A stretch of DNA of 64,000 nucleotides from Alphaproteobacteria bacterium (GTDB taxonomy: Bacteria > Pseudomonadota > Alphaproteobacteria > UBA828), in contig CBDEFM010000002.1 of assembly GCA_965237415.1 (NCBI GenBank), positions 2,080,001 through 2,144,000 of the forward strand. The letters run 5' to 3'. Below are positions 61,022 to 64,000 of this stretch, one piece after another; within the stretch, counting starts at the first letter, position 1; each line of letters starts with the position of its first letter. Both the position numbers and the translations under genes were made by a program. The notes beneath the pieces were generated by a model that was given only the letters and a program-made list of their open reading frames with translations, ran no database searches and was not told where the DNA came from.

Positions 61022-61684
61022 TCACCGCCCCGAGCGAGGCGGGCCGCAGCATCCGTCCAGGATTACCCGGGTTATGGTCTCCGCCGCAGCGTCGAAGTCC
61101 CTGCGTGTGAGCCGTCGCCTCTCCAGCACGTCCGCCGCCAGCGCCCCGAAGTCCGCGTAGAACTCGGTCGCGGACCACAGCATGATGAAAAAGTGGCGGG
61201 GGTCTACCGGCGCCATCTGCCCCCGGCGGATCCATTCCTCCACCACGTGGGCGCGCTGGATGGTTACGTCGCGAATGTGCTGGCGCTGACGCCGCTCCAG
61301 AAGCTGCGCACCACGCAAGATCTCGTTGGCAAAAAGGCGCGAGTCGGCGGCATGGCGGCGGGAATACTCGAGCTTGGCACGGATATAGGCGGCGATGGCG
61401 TCGCGTGGCTCGCGCTCGGGCACAATATGCTCGAAGGCAAGATCCCAGCCCTCGATCAGCCGCTCGATCAGGGCCGTGTAGATGCTCCCCTTGGTCGGGA
61501 AGTAGTAGTAGACGTTGGCCTTGGGCAGGCCGCTCGCCTGCGCGATTTCCTTCATATGGGTGCCGTGGAAGCTCTTGTCGGCGAAGAGACCGACGGCGGC
61601 GTTTAAGATACGCTCCTTGTTCCTAGCCCGAATTCTCGGCTCCGGCCCGTCATTTCCCGCCTCTGCCCGCATCGTCTTGGTCAT
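61022..61684 (-). CDS. TetR-family regulator, RutR-like
   Basis: ILNAAVGLFA, GLPKANVYYYFPTK, YIRAKLEYSR, SRLFANEILRGA, DPRHFFIMLWSATEFYADF. Confidence 0.88.
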   Translation of the reverse strand: MTKTMRAEAGNDGPEPRIRARNKERILNAAVGLFADKSFHGTHMKEIAQASGLPKANVYYYFPTKGSIYTALIERLIEGWDLAFEHIVPEREPRDAIAAYIRAKLEYSRRHAADSRLFANEILRGAQLLERRQRQHIRDVTIQRAHVVEEWIRRGQMAPVDPRHFFIMLWSATEFYADFGALAADVLERRRLTRRDFDAAAETITRVILDGCCGPPRSGR

Positions 61685-61768
61685 GCTCTTCCCTCGCGTC
61701 GCAGGGGACTTCCTGCGTATGCCCGTAACGCATGCAGTCTAGCCGCTTGGTCTGGCCGGGTCGCGCTG

Positions 61769-61908
61769 GTGCAGTTGGCGACTCGATTGCTCGTCGAGGA
61801 AGCGCTGGAGGGTGAGAGCCGGGACGTCCTCGGCCGAGAGCACTACGAGCATGGCGCGTCGCCGGGCCAGAGCTGGCGCAACAGTGTGCCCATGGGTTGT
61901 CTGCGTAC
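61769..61908 (+). pseudogene. IS256-family transposase N-terminal fragment
   Basis: LATRLLVEEALEGESRDVLGREHYEHG..WRN, cut off by an IS3 end. Confidence 0.6.
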
Positions 61909-62045
61909 TGAGGTGGCCTCGCCTTTTCGGACAACCTGGCGGCTGAGCCAATGTGTATTCCGGTTGATTCTCAGGCCGCCAAGAATCCACTTGATGCGCT
62001 CTTCCTGTCGGTGCTGCTGCGCCTATGGAGATGTAGGCAAGCGCG
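61909..62045 (-). mobile_element. IS3-family right-end remnant related to 44220-44370
   Basis: tgaggtggcctcgccttttcggacaa...tcaggccgccaagaatcc...ctgctgcgcctatggagatgt parallels the intact copy. Confidence 0.75.
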
Positions 62046-62433
62046 ACGATGCCCGCATGAGCCTCGGATTCGAACGCCTGCGCATCGCTGTCTGCGCCGA
62101 GCTGCTCGCCCATTCCAGCTGCGCGGGTGCAGCGGGCCATTTGGATCTCTGCACAAGGGCCACGCAGCGTCAGTTTGCGCCACAGCAGCGCTTGTACTTG
62201 CGCCCGGAAGGTCCAGGCGGCGAGCCTCGCCAAACTCTCGGCTCCCGGTGCTCTCTTCCGTCGGGAGAGCCCGGCAGCCCCGCCTCGACCACCCCCTGAT
62301 GCCGCCACGCGCGTGTCCGGTGACACCGCGCCGAACCCGAACCATCCACCAGCCACCGCGCGGCCACCGCCGTCAGCCAATGACCGCCCATCTGAAGACC
62401 GCACTCGAGAACACGCACCGCTACCCCCCTCGT

Positions 62434-62467
62434 TTGACTCGCGATAACTGTTGTTATCGCGAGTCAA
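62434..62467. other. lox-like recombination site 1 (13-8-13)
   Basis: TTGACTCGCGATA-ACTGTTGT-TATCGCGAGTCAA: perfect arms, asymmetric spacer. Confidence 0.85.
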
Positions 62468-62504
62468 ACTCCGGGCCGTATTCCACGGACCTGGAGGCTT
62501 CCCC

Positions 62505-63476
62505 ATGCTTGTCGACACCCTGAACCGCCCGCCGCAGGCGAGTGGCGGCCACACTTGCCGGGACCCGTTCGACGCCTGCGCCTGCGCCGCGCGCGGGGCG
62601 CTGAGTGCCAACACCGAGCGGGCCGTGCGCTCAGACCTCGCCATCTACGCCGCCTGGTGCAGGGAACGCGGGGTGCCGGCGCTGCCCGCGAGCGCCGAGA
62701 CCATCGCCGCGTTCGTCGACGCCAGGGCGAAGCTCCGTGCCCCCGCGACGGTGCGCCGCTACGTGGCGAGCATCGCGGCTGCGCACCGGGCGCTGGGGTC
62801 GGGAAAGACGGCGAGAAGCGAGCCGGTGCGACGGGCGCTGCAGCGCATGCACCGGCGAAAGGGACGGCGTCAGGCGCAGGCCAAGGGGCTCACCGGGGCG
62901 CTGCGCCAGCGCCTTCTCGACGCCACGAGCGATGGCCTCATCGACGCGCGCAACCGCGCGCTGCTCGCCGTCGCCTACGACACGCTGCTGCGCCGCGGCG
63001 AGCTCGTCGCGCTGCAAGTGACGGATATCGTTGAGGAAGTGGACGGCGCGGCGACGGTGCTGGTGCGCCGCGCCAAGGCCGACCCCGAAGGCCGCGGCGC
63101 GACGGTGTACCTGGCGCGCGACAGCGTGGCGCTGGTGCGCGAGTGGCTGGAGCGAAGCGGGGTTATCGAAGGCAGGCTCTTCCGCTCGCTGTGCCGGGGC
63201 GCGGTCGGCAAGGGGCTCGACGCGAGCCAGGTCCCGCGCATCTTCAAGGCCATGGCCGAGCGCGCCGGATTGCCTGGCGAGGTCGTCGAGCGCATCTCCG
63301 GGCACAGCACGCGGGTCGGGGCGGCGCAGGACATGGTCGCAGGCGGCATCGGCATGGCGGCCATCCTGCACGCAGGAAGGTGGAAGACGTCGGCGATGGT
63401 CAACCGCTACGGCGAGCGGCTGCTGGCGCGGCGAAGCGGCGCCGCGCAGCTCGCCCGTCTGCAGCATCGCGAGTAG
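62505..63476 (+). CDS. Cre-like tyrosine recombinase
   Basis: RNRALLAVAYDTLLRRGEL, RAK, SGHSTRVGAAQDM, AGRW, MVNRY: all R-K-H-R-W-Y catalytic residues present; GGAGG RBS before ATG 62505. Confidence 0.93.
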   Translation: MLVDTLNRPPQASGGHTCRDPFDACACAARGALSANTERAVRSDLAIYAAWCRERGVPALPASAETIAAFVDARAKLRAPATVRRYVASIAAAHRALGSGKTARSEPVRRALQRMHRRKGRRQAQAKGLTGALRQRLLDATSDGLIDARNRALLAVAYDTLLRRGELVALQVTDIVEEVDGAATVLVRRAKADPEGRGATVYLARDSVALVREWLERSGVIEGRLFRSLCRGAVGKGLDASQVPRIFKAMAERAGLPGEVVERISGHSTRVGAAQDMVAGGIGMAAILHAGRWKTSAMVNRYGERLLARRSGAAQLARLQHRE

Positions 63477-63576
63477 GTGCGCGGTGGTGTATCATTCGGC
63501 GTATCCTCGGCTGGCGGCTGGCGCCTGCCGCCGTCCGACCGCCGCGAATCGCTCCAGAGGGCGGATTTCCCGAAAA

Positions 63577-63593
63577 TGTTATCGCGAGTCAAA
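63577..63593. other. isolated lox-like half site
   Basis: TGTTATCGCGAGTCAAA, identical to the right arm of site 1. Confidence 0.7.
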
Positions 63594-63778
63594 ATCGCCG
63601 ACCCGGCGCATGGCCGGCATCGGGCGTCGGATGCGCGGGCAACGCGCACCGCGCGCCTGGAAAGACGAAAGCTGTCTTGCAATCAACAGCTTGCAGCATG
63701 TTGCGGAACGCTCTACGGTTGCCGGGTCGCGACTGGGCGGCTTCCGGGTCGCCCGTCGAAAACGGCGAACTTGACAGT

Positions 63779-63812
63779 TTGACTCGCGATAACAACAGTT
63801 ATCGCGAGTCAA
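63779..63812. other. lox-like recombination site 2 (inverted relative to site 1)
   Basis: TTGACTCGCGATA-ACAACAGT-TATCGCGAGTCAA; spacer is the reverse complement of the site 1 spacer. Confidence 0.85.
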
Positions 63813-64000
63813 ATGCCCCCGCGGGCGCCGTGCCTCCACGGCCTGAGAATCGATCCAACCGGCTGATTTCGTGTGCGTTTCTCGACCCGGAGCGGCCGCT
63901 CCGGCCCGCGCGGCGCACGCACCGCCTCCTGCGCCTTCCCAGGAAGCCCGTCCGCCGCCGATCTGCCCTTGCAGGCACGCCCTTTCGGTCCGCGGCCCGC

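Noticed and set aside
62170-62260. SEC-C motif gene (SGRKYKRCCG)
   Set aside because: Only a degenerate C-terminal fragment without the CPCGS half, embedded in IS debris; no intact gene can be supported.
62432-62469. Rho-independent terminator or protelomerase site
   Set aside because: No U-tract, an exact second copy with inverted spacer exists, and the adjacent protein is Cre-like rather than TelN-like.

Overview
High-GC alphaproteobacterial (Rhodospirillales-like) chromosome segment in three parts. (1) 1-30.4 kb is core and metabolic: a DddK/DddW-like cupin, amidohydrolases, GGT, amidase, SDRs, GST, gabD and the conserved plsY-dprA-topA-rnr block. (2) About 30.4-50 kb is a mosaic accessory island. 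It holds two identical IS66-ended cargo cassettes flanking an IS66 element that carries a DUF4338 gene, with the 8-bp target copied at every junction. It also holds a patatin, HU, IS3/IS256/IS66 remnants, two diverged non-coding repeats (one truncates an IHF-alpha-like gene) and a complete low-GC type IV CBASS-like operon (QueC, TGT, CD-NTase, 2TM effector, OGG-like glycosylase). (3) 50-64 kb holds a divergent cluster of UNG-like protein, GMC oxidoreductase and NIPSNAP facing an ABC importer, nucleoside deaminase and VOC protein, with a RutR-like regulator and paired TGAC-N6-GTCA boxes. It ends with a Cre-like tyrosine recombinase flanked by two perfect 13-8-13 lox-like sites in inverted orientation. 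All calls come from reading the sequence and motifs by eye; no database searches were run.
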